Assembly (NCBI GenBank): GCA_040954595.2
Contig: CM082587.2
Location: 7,367,705-7,431,704, forward strand
Origin: Balanoglossus misakiensis
Taxonomy: Eukaryota > Animalia > Hemichordata
Reading direction: 5' to 3'
Length of the DNA: 64,000 nucleotides
The notes beneath the pieces were generated by a model, which searched no databases, was not told the DNA's origin, and saw nothing but the letters and a program-made list of their open reading frames with translations. This document shows positions 1 to 13,902 of this stretch, in pieces (position 1 is the stretch's first letter; every line of letters begins with the position of its first letter). Both the position numbers and the translations under genes were made by a program.

Positions 1-3000
1 TCATGAGCTATAACCCATGATTTTTATCAAAAATCGAAGAAATTTTGATGTTTCGGAAAGTCGAAAAATGGTCATTTTTTCATGATTTTCATGAGCTATA
101 ACCCATGATTTTTATCAAAAATCGAAGAAATTTTGATGTTTCGGAAAGTCGAAAAATGGTCATTTTTTCATGATTTTCATGAGCTATAACCCATGATTTT
201 TATCAAAAATCGAAGAAATTTTGATGTTTCGGAAAGTCGAAAAATGGTCATTTTTTCATGATTTTCATGAGCTATAACCCATGATTTTTATCAAAAATCG
301 AAGAAATTTTGATGTTTCGGAAAGTCGAAAAATGGTCATTTTTTCATGATTTTCATGAGCTATAACCCATGATTTTTATCAAAATATGAAGAAATTTTGA
401 TGTTTCGGAAAGTCGAAAAATGGTCATTTTTTCATGATTTTCATGAGCTATAACCCATGATTTTTATCAAAATATGAAGAAATTTTGATGTTTCGGAAAG
501 TCGAAAAATGGTCATTTTTTCATGATTTTCATGAGCTATAACCCATGATTATTATCAAAAATCGAAGAAATTTTGATGTTTCGGAAAGTCGAAAAATGGT
601 CATTTTTTTGATGATTTTCATGAGCTATAACCCATGATTATTATCAAAAATCGAAGAAATTTTGATGTTTCGGAAAGTCGAAAAATGGTCATTTTTTCAT
701 GATTTTCATGAGCTATAACCCATGATTTTTATCAAAAATCGAAGAAATTTTGATGTTTCGGAAAGTCGAAAAATGGTCATTTTTTCATGATTTTCATGAG
801 CTATAACCCATGATTTTTATCAAAAATCGAAGAAATTTTGATGTATCGGAAAGTCGAAAAATGGTCATTTTTTCATGATTTTCATGAGCTATAACCCATG
901 ATTTTTATCAAAAATCGAAGAAATTTTGATGTTTCGGAAAGTCGAAAAATGGTCATTTTTTCATGATTTTCATGAGCTATAACCCATGATTTTTATCAAA
1001 AATCGAAGAAATTTTGATGTTTCGGAAAGTCGAAAAATGGTCATTTTTTCATGATTTTCATGAGCTATAACCCATGATTTTTATTAAAAATCGAAGAAAT
1101 TTTGATGTTTCGGAAAGTGGAAAAATGGTCATTTTTTCATGATTTTCATGAGCTATAACCCATGATTTTTGTCGAAAAGTGAAGAAATTTTGAACTTTGG
1201 CAAAGTCGAAAAATTGTCATTTTTGGATGATTTCCAAGAGCTATAACCCATGATTTTTGTCAAAAATCGAAGAAATTTTGATGTTTCGGAAAGTCGAAAA
1301 ATGGTCATTTTTTCATGTTTTTCATGAGCTATAACCCATGATTTTTATCAAAAATCGAAGAAATTTTGATGTTTCGGAAAGTCGAAAAATGGTCATTTTT
1401 TCATGATTTTCATGAGCTATAACCCATGATTTTTATCAAAAATCGAAGAAATTTTGATGTTTCGGAAAGTCGAAAAATGGTCTTTTTTCATGATTTTCAT
1501 AAGCTATAACCCATGATTTTTATCAAAATATGAAGAAATTTTGATGTTTCGGAAAGTCGAAAAAAGGTCATTTTTTCATGATTTTCATGAGCTATAACCC
1601 ATGATTTTTATCAAAAATCGAAGAAATTTTGATGTTTCGGAAAGTCGAAAAATGGTCATTTTTTCATGATTTTCATGAGCTATAACCCATGATTTTTATC
1701 AAAAATCGAAGAAATTTTGATGTTTCGGAAAGTGGAAAAATGGTCATTTTTTCATGATTTTCATGAGCTATAACCCATGATTTTTATCAAAAATCGAAGA
1801 AATTTTGATGTTTCGGAAAGTGGAAAAATGGTCATTTTTTCATGATTTTCATGAGCTATAACCCATGATTTTTATCAAAAATCGAAGAAATTTTGATGTT
1901 TCGGAAAGTCGAAAAATGGTCTTTTTTTCATGATTTTCATGAGCTATAACCCATGATTTTTATCAAAATATGAAGAAATTTTGATGTTTCGGAAAGTCGA
2001 AAAAAGGTCATTTTTTCATGATTTTCATGAGCTATAACCCATGATTTTTATCAAAAATCGAAGAAATTTTGATGTTTCGGGAAGTCGAAAAATGGTCATT
2101 TTTTCATGATTTTCATGAGCTATAACCCATGATTTTTATCAAAAATCGAAGAAATTTTGATGTTTCGGAAAGTGGAAAAATGGTCATTTTTTCATGATTT
2201 TCATGAGCTATAACCCATGATTTTTATCAAAAATCGAAGAAATTTTGATGTTTCGGAAAGTGGAAAAATGGTCATTTTTTCATGATTTTCATGAGCTATA
2301 ACCCATGATTTTTATCAAAAATCGAAGAAATTTTGATGTTTCGGAAAGTGGAAAAATGGTCATTTTTTCATGATTTTCATGAGCTATAACCCATGATTTT
2401 TATCAAAAATCGAAGAAATTTTGATGTTTCGGAAAGTCGAAAAATGGTCATTTTTTCATGATTTTCATGAGCTATAACCCATGATTTTTATCAAAAATCG
2501 AAGAAATTTTGATGTTTCGGAAAGTCGAAAAATGGTCTTTTTTTCATGATTTTCATGAGCTATAACCCATGATTTTTATCAAAATATGAAGAAATTTTGA
2601 TGTTTCGGAAAGTCGAAAAAAGGTCATTTTTTCATGATTTTCATGAGCTATAACCCATGATTTTTATCAAAAATCGAAGAAATTTTGATGTTTCGGGAAG
2701 TCGAAAAATGGTCATTTTTTCATGATTTTCATGAGCTATAACCCATGATTTTTATCAAAAATCGAAGAAATTTTGATGTTTCGGAAAGTGGAAAAATGGT
2801 CATTTTTTCATGATTTTCATGAGCTATAACCCATGATTTTTATCAAAAATCGAAGAAATTTTGATGTTTCGGAAAGTGGAAAAATGGTCATTTTTTCATG
2901 ATTTTCATGAGCTATAACCCATGATTTTTATCAAAAATCGAAGAAATTTTGATGTTTCGGAAAGTCGAAAAATGGTCATTTTTTCATGATTTTCATGAGC

Positions 3001-6000
3001 TATAACCCATGATTTTTATCAAAAATCGAAGAAATTTTGATGTTTCGGAAAGTCGAAAAATGGTCATTTTTTCATGATTTTCATGAGCTATAACCCATGA
3101 TTTTTATTAAAAATCGAAGAAATTTTGATGTTTCGGGAAGTCGAAAAATGGTCATTTTTTCATGATTTTCATGAGCTATAACCCATGATTTTTATCAAAA
3201 ATCGAAGAAATTTTGATGTTTCGGAAAGTGGAAAAATGGTCATTTTTTCATGATTTTCATGAGCTATAACCCATGATTTTTATCAAAAATCGAAGAAATG
3301 TTGATGTTTCGGAAAGTCGAAAAATGGTCATTTTTTCATGATTTATCAAAAATCGAAGAAATTTTGATGTTTCGGAAAGTCGAAAAATGGTCATTTTTTC
3401 ATGATTTTCATGAGCTATAACCCATGATTTTTATCAAAAATCGAAGAAATTTTGATGTTTCGGAAAGTCGAAAAATGGTCATTTTTTCATGATTTTCATG
3501 AGGTATAACCCATGATTTTTATCAAAATATGAAGAAATTTTGATGTTTCGGAAAGTCGAAAAATGGTCATTTTTTCATGATTTTCATGAGCTATAACCCA
3601 TGATTTTTATAAAAAATGGAAGAAATTTTGATGTTTCGGAAAGTCGAAAAATGGTCATTTTTTCATGATTTTCATGAGCTATGACCCATGATTTTTATCA
3701 AAAATCGAAGAAATTTTGATGTTTCGGAAAGTCGAAAAATGGTCATTTTTTCATGATTTTCATGAGCTATAACCCATGATTTTTATCAAAAATCGAAGAA
3801 ATTTAGATGTTTCGGAAAGTGGAAAAATGGTCATTTTTTCATGATTTTCATGAGCTATAACCCATGATTTTTATCAAAAATCGAAGAAATTTAGATGTTT
3901 CGGAAAGTGGAAAAATGGTCATTTTTTCATGATTTTCATGAGCTATAACCCATGATTTTTATCAAAAATCGAAGAAATTTAGATGTTTCGGAAAGTGGAA
4001 AAATGGTCATTTTTTCATGATTTTCATGAGCTATAACCCATGATTTTTATCAAAAATGGAAGACATTTTGATGTTTCGGAAAGTCGAAAAATTGTCATTT
4101 TTTCATGATTTTCATGAGCTATAACCCATGATTTTTATCAAAAATCGAAGAAATTTTGATGTTTCGGAAAGTCGAAAAATGGTCATTTTTTCATGATTTT
4201 CATGAGCTATAACCCATGATTTTTATCAAAATATGAAGAAATTTTGATGTTTCGGAAAGTCGAAAAATGGTCATTTTTTTTATGATTTCCATGAGCTATA
4301 ACCCATGATTTTTATCAAAAATCGAAGAAATTTTGATGTTTCGGGAAGTCGAAAAATGGTCATTTTTTCATGATTTTCATGAGCTATAACCCATGATTAT
4401 TATCAAAAATCGAAGAAATTTTGATGTTTCGGAAAGTCGAAAAATGGTCATTTTTTCATGATTTTCATGAGCTATAACCCATGATTTTTATCAAAAATCG
4501 AAGAAATTTTGATGTATCGGAAAGTCGAAAAATGGTCATTTTTTCATGATTTTCATGAGCTATAACCCATGATTTTTATCAAAAATCGAAGAAATTTTGA
4601 TGTTTCGGAAAGTCGAAAAATGGTCATTTTTTCATGATTTTCATGAGCTATAACCCATGATTTTTATCAAAAATCGAAGAAATTTTGATGTTTCGGGAAG
4701 TCGAAAAATGGTCATTTTTTCATGATTTTCATGAGCTATAACCCATGATTTTTATCAAAAATCGAAGAAATTTTGATGTTTCGGAAAGTCGAAAAATGGT
4801 CATTTTTTCATGATTTTCATGAGCTATAACCCATGATTTTTATCAAAAATCGAAGAAATTTAGATGTTTCGGAAAGTGGAAAAATGGTCATTTTTTCATG
4901 ATTTTCATGAGCTATAACCCATGATTTTTATCAAAAATCGAAGAAATTTAGATGTTTCGGAAAGTGGAAAAATGGTCATTTTTTCATGATTTTCATGAGC
5001 TATAACCCATGATTTTTATCAAAAATGGAAGACATTTTGATGTTTCGGAAAGTCGAAAAATTGTCATTTTTTCATGATTTTCATGAGCTATAACCCATGA
5101 TTTTTATCAAAAATCGAAGAAATTTTGATGTTTCGGAAAGTCGAAAAATGGTCATTTTTTCATGATTTTCATGAGCTATAACCCATGATTTTTATCAAAA
5201 TATGAAGAAATTTTGATGTTTCGGAAAGTCGAAAAATGGTCATTTTTTTTATGATTTCCATGAGCTATAACCCATGATTTTTATCAAAAATCGAAGAAAT
5301 TTTGATGTTTCGGGAAGTCGAAAAATGGTCATTTTTTCATGATTTTCATGAGCTATAACCCATGATTATTATCAAAAATCGAAGAAATTTTGATGTTTCG
5401 GAAAGTCGAAAAATGGTCATTTTTTCATGATTTTCATGAGCTATAACCCATGATTTTTATCAAAAATCGAAGAAATTTTGATGTATCGGAAAGTCGAAAA
5501 ATGGTCATTTTTTCATGATTTTCATGAGCTATAACCCATGATTTTTATCAAAAATCGAAGAAATTTTGATGTTTCGGAAAGTCGAAAAATGGTCATTTTT
5601 TCATGATTTTCATGAGCTATAACCCATGATTTTTATCAAAAATCGAAGAAATTTTGATGTTTCGGGAAGTCGAAAAATGGTCATTTTTTCATGATTTTCA
5701 TGAGCTATAACCCATGATTTTTATCAAAAATCGAAGAAATTTTGATGTTTCGGAAAGTCGAAAAATGGTCATTTTTTCATGATTTTCATGAGCTATAACC
5801 CATGATTTTTATCAAAAATCGAAGAAATTATGATGTTTCGGAAAGTGGAAAAATGGTCATTTTTTCATGATTTTCATGAGCTATAACCCATGATTTTTAT
5901 CAAAATATGAAGAAATTTTGATATTTCGGGAAGTCGAAAAATGTTCATTTTTTCATGATTTTCATGAGCTATAACCCATGATTTTTATCAAAAATCGAAG

Positions 6001-9000
6001 AAATTTTGATGTTTCGGAAAGTCGAAAAATGGTCATTTTTTCATGATTTTCATGAGCTATAACCCATGATTTTTATCAAAAATCGAAGAAATTTTGATGT
6101 TTCGGAAAGTCGAAAAATGGTCATTTTTTCATGATTTTCATGAGCTATAACCCATGATTTTTATCAAAAATCGAAGAAATTTTGATGTTTCGGAAAGTCG
6201 AAAAATGGTCATTTTTTCATGATTTTCATGAGCTATAACCCATGATTTTTATCAAAAATCGAAGAAATTTTGATGTTTCGGAAAGTCGAAAAATGGTCAT
6301 TTTTTCATGATTTTCATGAGCTATAACCCATGATTTTTATCAAAAATCGAAGACATTTTGATGTTTCGGAAAGTGGAAAAATGGTCATTTTTTCATGATT
6401 TTCATGAGCTATAACCCATGATTTTTATCAAAAATCGAAGAAATTTTGATGTTTCGGAAAGTGGAAAAATGGTCATTTTTTCATGATTTTCATGAGCTAT
6501 AACCCATGATTTTTATCAAAAATCGAAGAAATTTTGACGTTTCGGAAAGTCGAAAAATGGTCATTTTTTCATGATTTATCAAAAATCGAAGAAATTTTGA
6601 TGTTTCGGAAAGTCGAAAAATGGTCATTTTTTCATGATTTTCATGAGCTATAACCCATGATTTTTATCAAAAATCGAAGAAATTTTGATGTTTCGGAAAG
6701 TCGAAAAATGGTCATTTTTTCATGATTTTCATGAGCTATAACCCATGATTTTTATCAAAATATGAAGAAATTTTGATGTTTCGGAAAGTCGAAAAATGGT
6801 CATTTTTTCATGATTTTCATGAGCTATAACCCATGATTTTTATAAAAAATCGAAGAAATTTTGATGTTTCGGAAAGTCGAAAAATGGTCATTTTTTCATG
6901 ATTTTCATGAGCTATAACCCATGATTTTTATCAAAATATGAAGAAATTTTGATGTTTCGGAAAGTCGAAAAATGGTCATTTTTTTTATGATTTCCATGAG
7001 CTATAACCCATGATTTTTATCAAAAATCGAAGAAATTTTGATGTTTCGGGAAGTCGAAAAATGGTCATTTTTTCATGATTTTCATGAGCTATAACCCATG
7101 ATTATTATCAAAAATCGAAGAAATTTTGATGTTTCGGAAAGTCGAAAAATGGTCATTTTTTCATGATTTTCATGAGCTATAACCCATGATTTTTATCAAA
7201 AATCGAAGAAATTTTGATGTATCGGAAAGTCGAAAAATGGTCATTTTTTCATGATTTTCATGAGCTATAACCCATGATTTTTATCAAAAATCGAAGAAAT
7301 TTTGATGTTTCGGAAAGTCGAAAAATGGTCATTTTTTCATGATTTTCATGAGCTATAACCCATGATTTTTATCAAAAATCGAAGAAATTTTGATGTTTCG
7401 GGAAGTCGAAAAATGGTCATTTTTTCATGATTTTCATGAGCTATAACCCATGATTTTTATCAAAAATCGAAGAAATTTTGATGTTTCGGAAAGTCGAAAA
7501 ATGGTCATTTTTTCATGATTTTCATGAGCTATAACCCATGATTTTTATCAAAAATCGAAGAAATTATGATGTTTCGGAAAGTGGAAAAATGGTCATTTTT
7601 TCATGATTTTCATGAGCTATAACCCATGATTTTTATCAAAATATGAAGAAATTTTGATATTTCGGGAAGTCGAAAAATGTTCATTTTTTCATGATTTTCA
7701 TGAGCTATAACCCATGATTTTTATCAAAAATCGAAGAAATTTTGATGTTTCGGAAAGTCGAAAAATGGTCATATTTTCATGATTTTCATGAGCTATAACC
7801 CATGATTTTTATCAAAAATCGAAGAAATTTTGATGTTTCGGAAAGTCGAAAAATGGTCATTTTTTCATGATTTTCATGAGCTATAACCTATGATTTTTAT
7901 CAAAAATCGAAGAAATTTTGATGTTTCGGAAAGTCGAAAAATGGTCATTTTTTCATGATTTTCATGAGCTATAACCCATGATTTTTATCAAAAATCGAAG
8001 AAATTTTGATGTTTCGGAAAGTCGAAAAATGGTCATTTTTTCATGATTTTCATGAGCTATAACCCATGATTTTTATCAAAAATCGAAGAAATTTTGATGT
8101 TTCGGAAAGTGGAAAAATGGTCATTTTTTCATGATTTTCATGAGCTATAACCCATGATTTTTATCAAAAATCGAAGAAATTTTGATGTTTCGGAAAGTGG
8201 AAAAATGGTCATTTTTTCATGATTTTCATGAGCTATAACCCATGATTTTTATCAAAAATCGAAGAAATTTTGATGTTTCGGAAAGTCGAAAAATGGTCAT
8301 TTTTTCATGATTTATCAAAAATCGAAGAAATTTTGATGTTTCGGAAAGTCGAAAAATGGTCATTTTTTCATGATTTTCATGAGCTATAACCCATGATTTT
8401 TATCAAAAATCGAAGAAATTTTGATGTTTCGGAAAGTCGAAAAATGGTCATTTTTTCATGATTTTCATGAGCTATAACCCATGATTTTTATCAAAATATG
8501 AAGAAATTTTGATGTTTCGGAAAGTCGAAAAATGGTCATTTTTTCATGATTTTCATGAGCTATAACCCATGATTTTTATAAAAAATCGAAGAAATTTTGA
8601 TGTTTCGGAAAGTCGAAAAATGGTCATTTTTTCATGATTTTCATGAGCTATGACCCATGATTTTTATCAAAAATCGAAGAAATTTTGATGTTTCGGAAAG
8701 TCGAAAAATGGTCATTTTTTCATGATTTTCATGAGCTATAACCCATGATTTTTATCAAAAATCGAAGAAATTTAGATGTTTCGGAAAGTGGAAAAATGGT
8801 CATTTTTTCATGATTTTTATGAGCTATAACCCATGATTTTTATCAAAAATCGAAGAAATTTAGATGTTTCGGAAAGTGGAAAAATGGTCATTTTTTCATG
8901 ATTTTCATGAGCTATAACCCATGATTTTTATCAAAAATCGAAGAAATTTAGATGTTTCGGAAAGTGGAAAAATGGTCATTTTTTCATGATTTTCATGAGC

Positions 9001-12000
9001 TATAACCCATGATTTTTATCAAAAATGGAAGACATTTTGATGTTTCGGAAAGTCGAAAAATTGTCATTTTTTCATGATTTTCATGAGCTATAACCCATGA
9101 TTTTTATCAAAAATCGAAGAAATTTTGATGTTTCGGAAAGTCGAAAAATGGTCATTTTTTCATGATTTTCATGAGCTATAACCCATGATTTTTATCAAAA
9201 TATGAAGAAATTTTGATGTTTCGGAAAGTCGAAAAATGGTCATTTTTTCATGATTTCCATGAGCTATAACCCATGATTTTTATCAAAAATCGAAGAAATT
9301 TTGATGTTTCGGGAAGTCGAAAAATGGTCATTTTTTCATGATTTTCATGAGCTATAACCCATGATTATTATCAAAAATCGAAGAAATTTTGATGTTTCGG
9401 AAAGTCGAAAAATGGTCATTTTTTCATGATTTTCATGAGCTATAACCCATGATTTTTATCAAAAATCGAAGAAATTTTGATGTATCGGAAAGTCGAAAAA
9501 TGGTCATTTTTTCATGATTTTCATGAGCTATAACCCATGATTTTTATCAAAAATCGAAGAAATTTTGATGTTTCGGAAAGTCGAAAAATGGTCATTTTTT
9601 CATGATTTTCATGAGCTATAACCCATGATTTTTATCAAAAATCGAAGAAATTTTGATGTTTCGGGAAGTCGAAAAATGGTCATTTTTTCATGATTTTCAT
9701 GAGCTATAACCCATGATTTTTATCAAAAATCGAAGAAATTTTGATGTTTCGGAAAGTCGAAAAATGGTCATTTTTTCATGATTTTCATGAGCTATAACCC
9801 ATGATTTTTATCAAAAATCGAAGAAATTATGATGTTTCGGAAAGTGGAAAAATGGTCATTTTTTCATGATTTTCATGAGCTATAACCCATGATTTTTATC
9901 AAAATATGAAGAAATTTTGATATTTCGGGAAGTCGAAAAATGTTCATTTTTTCATGATTTTCATGAGCTATAACCCATGATTTTTATCAAAAATCGAAGA
10001 AATTTTGATGTTTCGGAAAGTCGAAAAATGGTCATTTTTTCATGATTTTCATGAGCTATAACCCATGATTTTTATCAAAAATCGAAGAAATTTTGATGTT
10101 TCGGAAAGTCGAAAAATGGTCATTTTTTCATGATTTTCATGAGCTATAACCCATGATTTTTATCAAAAATCGAAGAAATTTTGATGTTTCGGAAAGTCGA
10201 AAAATGGTCATTTTTTCATGATTTTCATGAGCTATAACCCATGATTTTTATCAAAAATCGAAGAAATTTTGATGTTTCGGAAAGTCGAAAAATGGTCATT
10301 TTTTCATGATTTTCATGAGCTATAACCCATGATTTTTATCAAAAATCAAAGAAATTTTGATGTTTCGGAAAGTCGAAAAATGGTCATTTTTTCATGATTT
10401 TCATGAGCTATAACCCATGATTTTTATCAAAAATCGAAGAAATTTTGATGTTTCGGAAAGTGGAAAAATGGTCATTTTTTCATGATTTTCATGAGCTATA
10501 ACCCATGATTTTTATCAAAAATCGAAGAAATTTTGATGTTTCGGAAAGTCGAAAAATGGTCATTTTTTCATGATTTTCATGAGCTATAACCCATGATTTT
10601 TATCAAAATATGAAGAAATTTTGATGTTTCGGAAAGTCGAAAAATGGTCATTTTTTCATGATTTTAATGAGCTATAACCCATGATTTTTATCAAAAATCG
10701 AAGAAATTTTGATGTTTCGGGAAGTCGAAAAATGGTCATTTTTTTGATGATTTTCATGAGCTATAACCCATGATTATTATCAAAAATCGAAGAAATTTTG
10801 ATGTTTCGGAAAGTCGAAAAATGGTCATTTTTTCATGATTTTCATGAGCTATAACCCATGATTTTTATCAAAAATCGAAGAAATTTTGATGTTTCGGAAA
10901 GTCGAAAAATGGTCATTTTTTCATGATTTTCATGAGCTATAACCCATGATTTTTATCAAAAATCGAAGAAATTTTGATGTTTCGGAAAGTCGAAAAATGG
11001 TCATTTTTTCATGATTTTCATGAGCTATAACCCATGATTTTTATCAAAAATCGAAGAAATTTTGATGTTTCGGAAAGTCGAAAAATGGTCATTTTTTCAT
11101 GATTTTCATGAGCTATAACCCATGATTTTTATCAAAAATCGAAGAAATGTTGATGTTTCGGGAAGTCGAAAAATGGTCATTTTTTCATGATTTTCATGAG
11201 CTATAACCCATGATTTTTATTAAAAATCGAAGAAATTTTGATGTTTCGGAAAGTCGAAAAATGGTCATTTTTTCATGATTTTCATGAGCTATAACCCATG
11301 ATTTTTGTCGAAAAGTGAAGAAATTTTGAACTTTGGCAAAGTCGAAAAATTGTCATTTTTTGATGATTTTCATGAGCTATAACCCATGATTATTATCAAA
11401 AATCGAAGAAATTTTGATGTTTCGGAAAGTCGAAAAATGGTCATTTTTTCATGATTTTCATGAGCTATAACCCATGATTTTTATCAAAAATCGAAGAAAT
11501 TTTGATGTTTCGGAAAGTCGAAAAATGGTCATTTTTTCATGATTTTCATGAGCTATAACCCATGATTTTTATCAAAAATCGAAGAAATTTTGATGTATCG
11601 GAAAGTCGAAAAATGGTCATTTTTTCATGATTTTCATGAGCTATAACCCATGATTTTTATCAAAAATCGAAGAAATTTTGATGTTTCGGAAAGTCGAAAA
11701 ATGGTCATTTTTTCATGATTTTCATGAGCTATAACCCATGATTTTTATCAAAAATCGAAGAAATTTTGATGTTTCGGGAAGTCGAAAAATGGTCATTTTT
11801 TCATGATTTTCATGAGCTATAACCCATGATTTTTATTAAAAATCGAAGAAATTTTGATGTTTCGGAAAGTCGAAAAATGGTCATTTTTTCATGATTTTCA
11901 TGAGCTATAACCCATGATTTTTGTCGAAAAGTGAAGAAATTTTGAACTTTGGCAAAGTCGAAAAATTGTCATTTTTGGATGATTTCCAAGAGCTATAACC

Positions 12001-13902
12001 CATGATTTTTGTCAAAAATCGAAGAAATTTTGATGTTTCGGAAAGTCGAAAAATGGTCATTTTTTCATGTTTTTCATGAGCTATAACCCATGATTTTTAT
12101 CAAAAATCGAAGAAATTTTGATGTTTCGGAAAGTCGAAAAATGGTCATTTTTTCATGATTTTCATGAGCTATAACCCATGATTTTTATCAAAAATCGAAG
12201 AAATTTTGATGTTTCGGAAAGTCGAAAAATGGTCTTTTTTTCATGATTTTCATGAGCTATAACCCATGATTTTTATCAAAATATGAAGAAATTTTGATGT
12301 TTCGGAAAGTCGAAAAAAGGTCATTTTTCCATGATTTTCATGAGCTATAACCCATGATTTTTATCAAAAATCGAAGAAATTTTGATGTTTCGGGAAGTCG
12401 AAAAATGGTCATTTTTTCATGATTTTCATGAGCTATAACCCATGATTTTTATCAAAAATCGAAGAAATTTTGATGTTTCGGAAAGTGGAAAAATGGTCAT
12501 TTTTTCATGATTTTCATGAGCTATAACCCATGATTTTTATCAAAAATCGAAGAAATTTTGATGTTTCGGAAAGTCGAAAAATGGTCATTTTTTCATGATT
12601 TTCATGAGCTATAACCCATGATTTTTATCAAAAATCGAAGAAATTTTGATGTTTCGGAAAGTCGAAAAATGGTCATTTTTTCATGATTTTCATGAGCTAT
12701 AACCCATGATTTTTATCAAAAATCGAAGAAATTTTGATGTTTCGGAAAGTCGAAAAATGGTCTTTTTTTCATGATTTTCATGAGCTATAACCCATGATTT
12801 TTATCAAAATATGAAGAAATTTTGATGTTTCGGAAAGTCGAAAAAAGGTCATTTTTCCATGATTTTCATGAGCTATAACCCATGATTTTTATCAAAAATC
12901 GAAGAAATTTTGATGTTTCGGGAAGTCGAAAAATGGTCATTTTTTCATGATTTTCATGAGCTATAACCCATGATTTTTATCAAAAATCGAAGAAATTTTG
13001 ATGTTTCGGAAAGTGGAAAAATGGTCATTTTTTCATGATTTTCATGAGCTATAACCCATGATTTTTATCAAAAATCGAAGAAATTTTGATGTTTCGGAAA
13101 GTCGAAAAATGGTCATTTTTTCATGATTTTCATGAGCTATAACCCATGATTTTTATCAAAAATCGAAGAAATTTTGATGTTTCGGAAAGTCGAAAAATGG
13201 TCATTTTTTCATGATTTTCATGAGCTATAACCCATGATTTTTATCAAAAATCGAAGAAATTTTGATGTTTCGGAAAGTCGAAAAATGGTCATTTTTTCAT
13301 GATTTTCATGAGCTATAACCCATGATTTTTATCAAAAATCGAAGAAATTTTGATGTTTCGGGAAGTCGAAAAATGGTCATTTTTTCATGATTTTCATGAG
13401 CTATAACCCATGATTTTTATCAAAAATCGAAGAAATTTTGATGTTTCGGAAAGTGGAAAAATGGTCATTTTTTCATGATTTTCATGAGCTATAACCCATG
13501 ATTTTTATCAAAAATCGAAGAAATTTTGATGTTTCGGAAAGTCGAAAAATGGTCATTATTTCATGATTTTCATGAGCTATAACCCATGATTTTTATCAAA
13601 AATCGAAGAAATTTTGATGTTTCGGAAAGACGAAAAATGGTCATTTTTTCATGATTTTCATGAGCTATAACCCATGATTTTTATCAAAATATGAAGAAAT
13701 TTTGATGTTTCGGAAAGTCGAAAAATGGTCATTTGTTGGTGATTTTCATGAGCTATAACCCATGATTTTTATCAAAAAATGACGAAATTTTGATATTTCA
13801 GGAAGTCGAAAAATGGTCATTTTTTCACGATTTTCATGAGCTATAACCCATGATTTTTATCAAAAATCGAAGAAATTTTGATTTTTCGGAAAGTCGAAAA
13901 AT
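1..13902 (+). repeat. 88-bp satellite DNA array, about 158 monomers, highly homogeneous (continues beyond window start)
   Basis: Monomer TCATGAGCTATAACCCATGATTTTTATCAAAAATCGAAGAAATTTTGATGTTTCGGAAAGTCGAAAAATGGTCATTTTTTCATGATTT recurs with an 88-bp period (1, 89, 177...) with few substitutions. Confidence 0.99.

Noticed and set aside
49-68. CENP-B box in the satellite (TTTCGGAAAGTCGAAA)
   Set aside because: Has TTCG but does not fit the TTCG-N4-A-N2-CGGG consensus.
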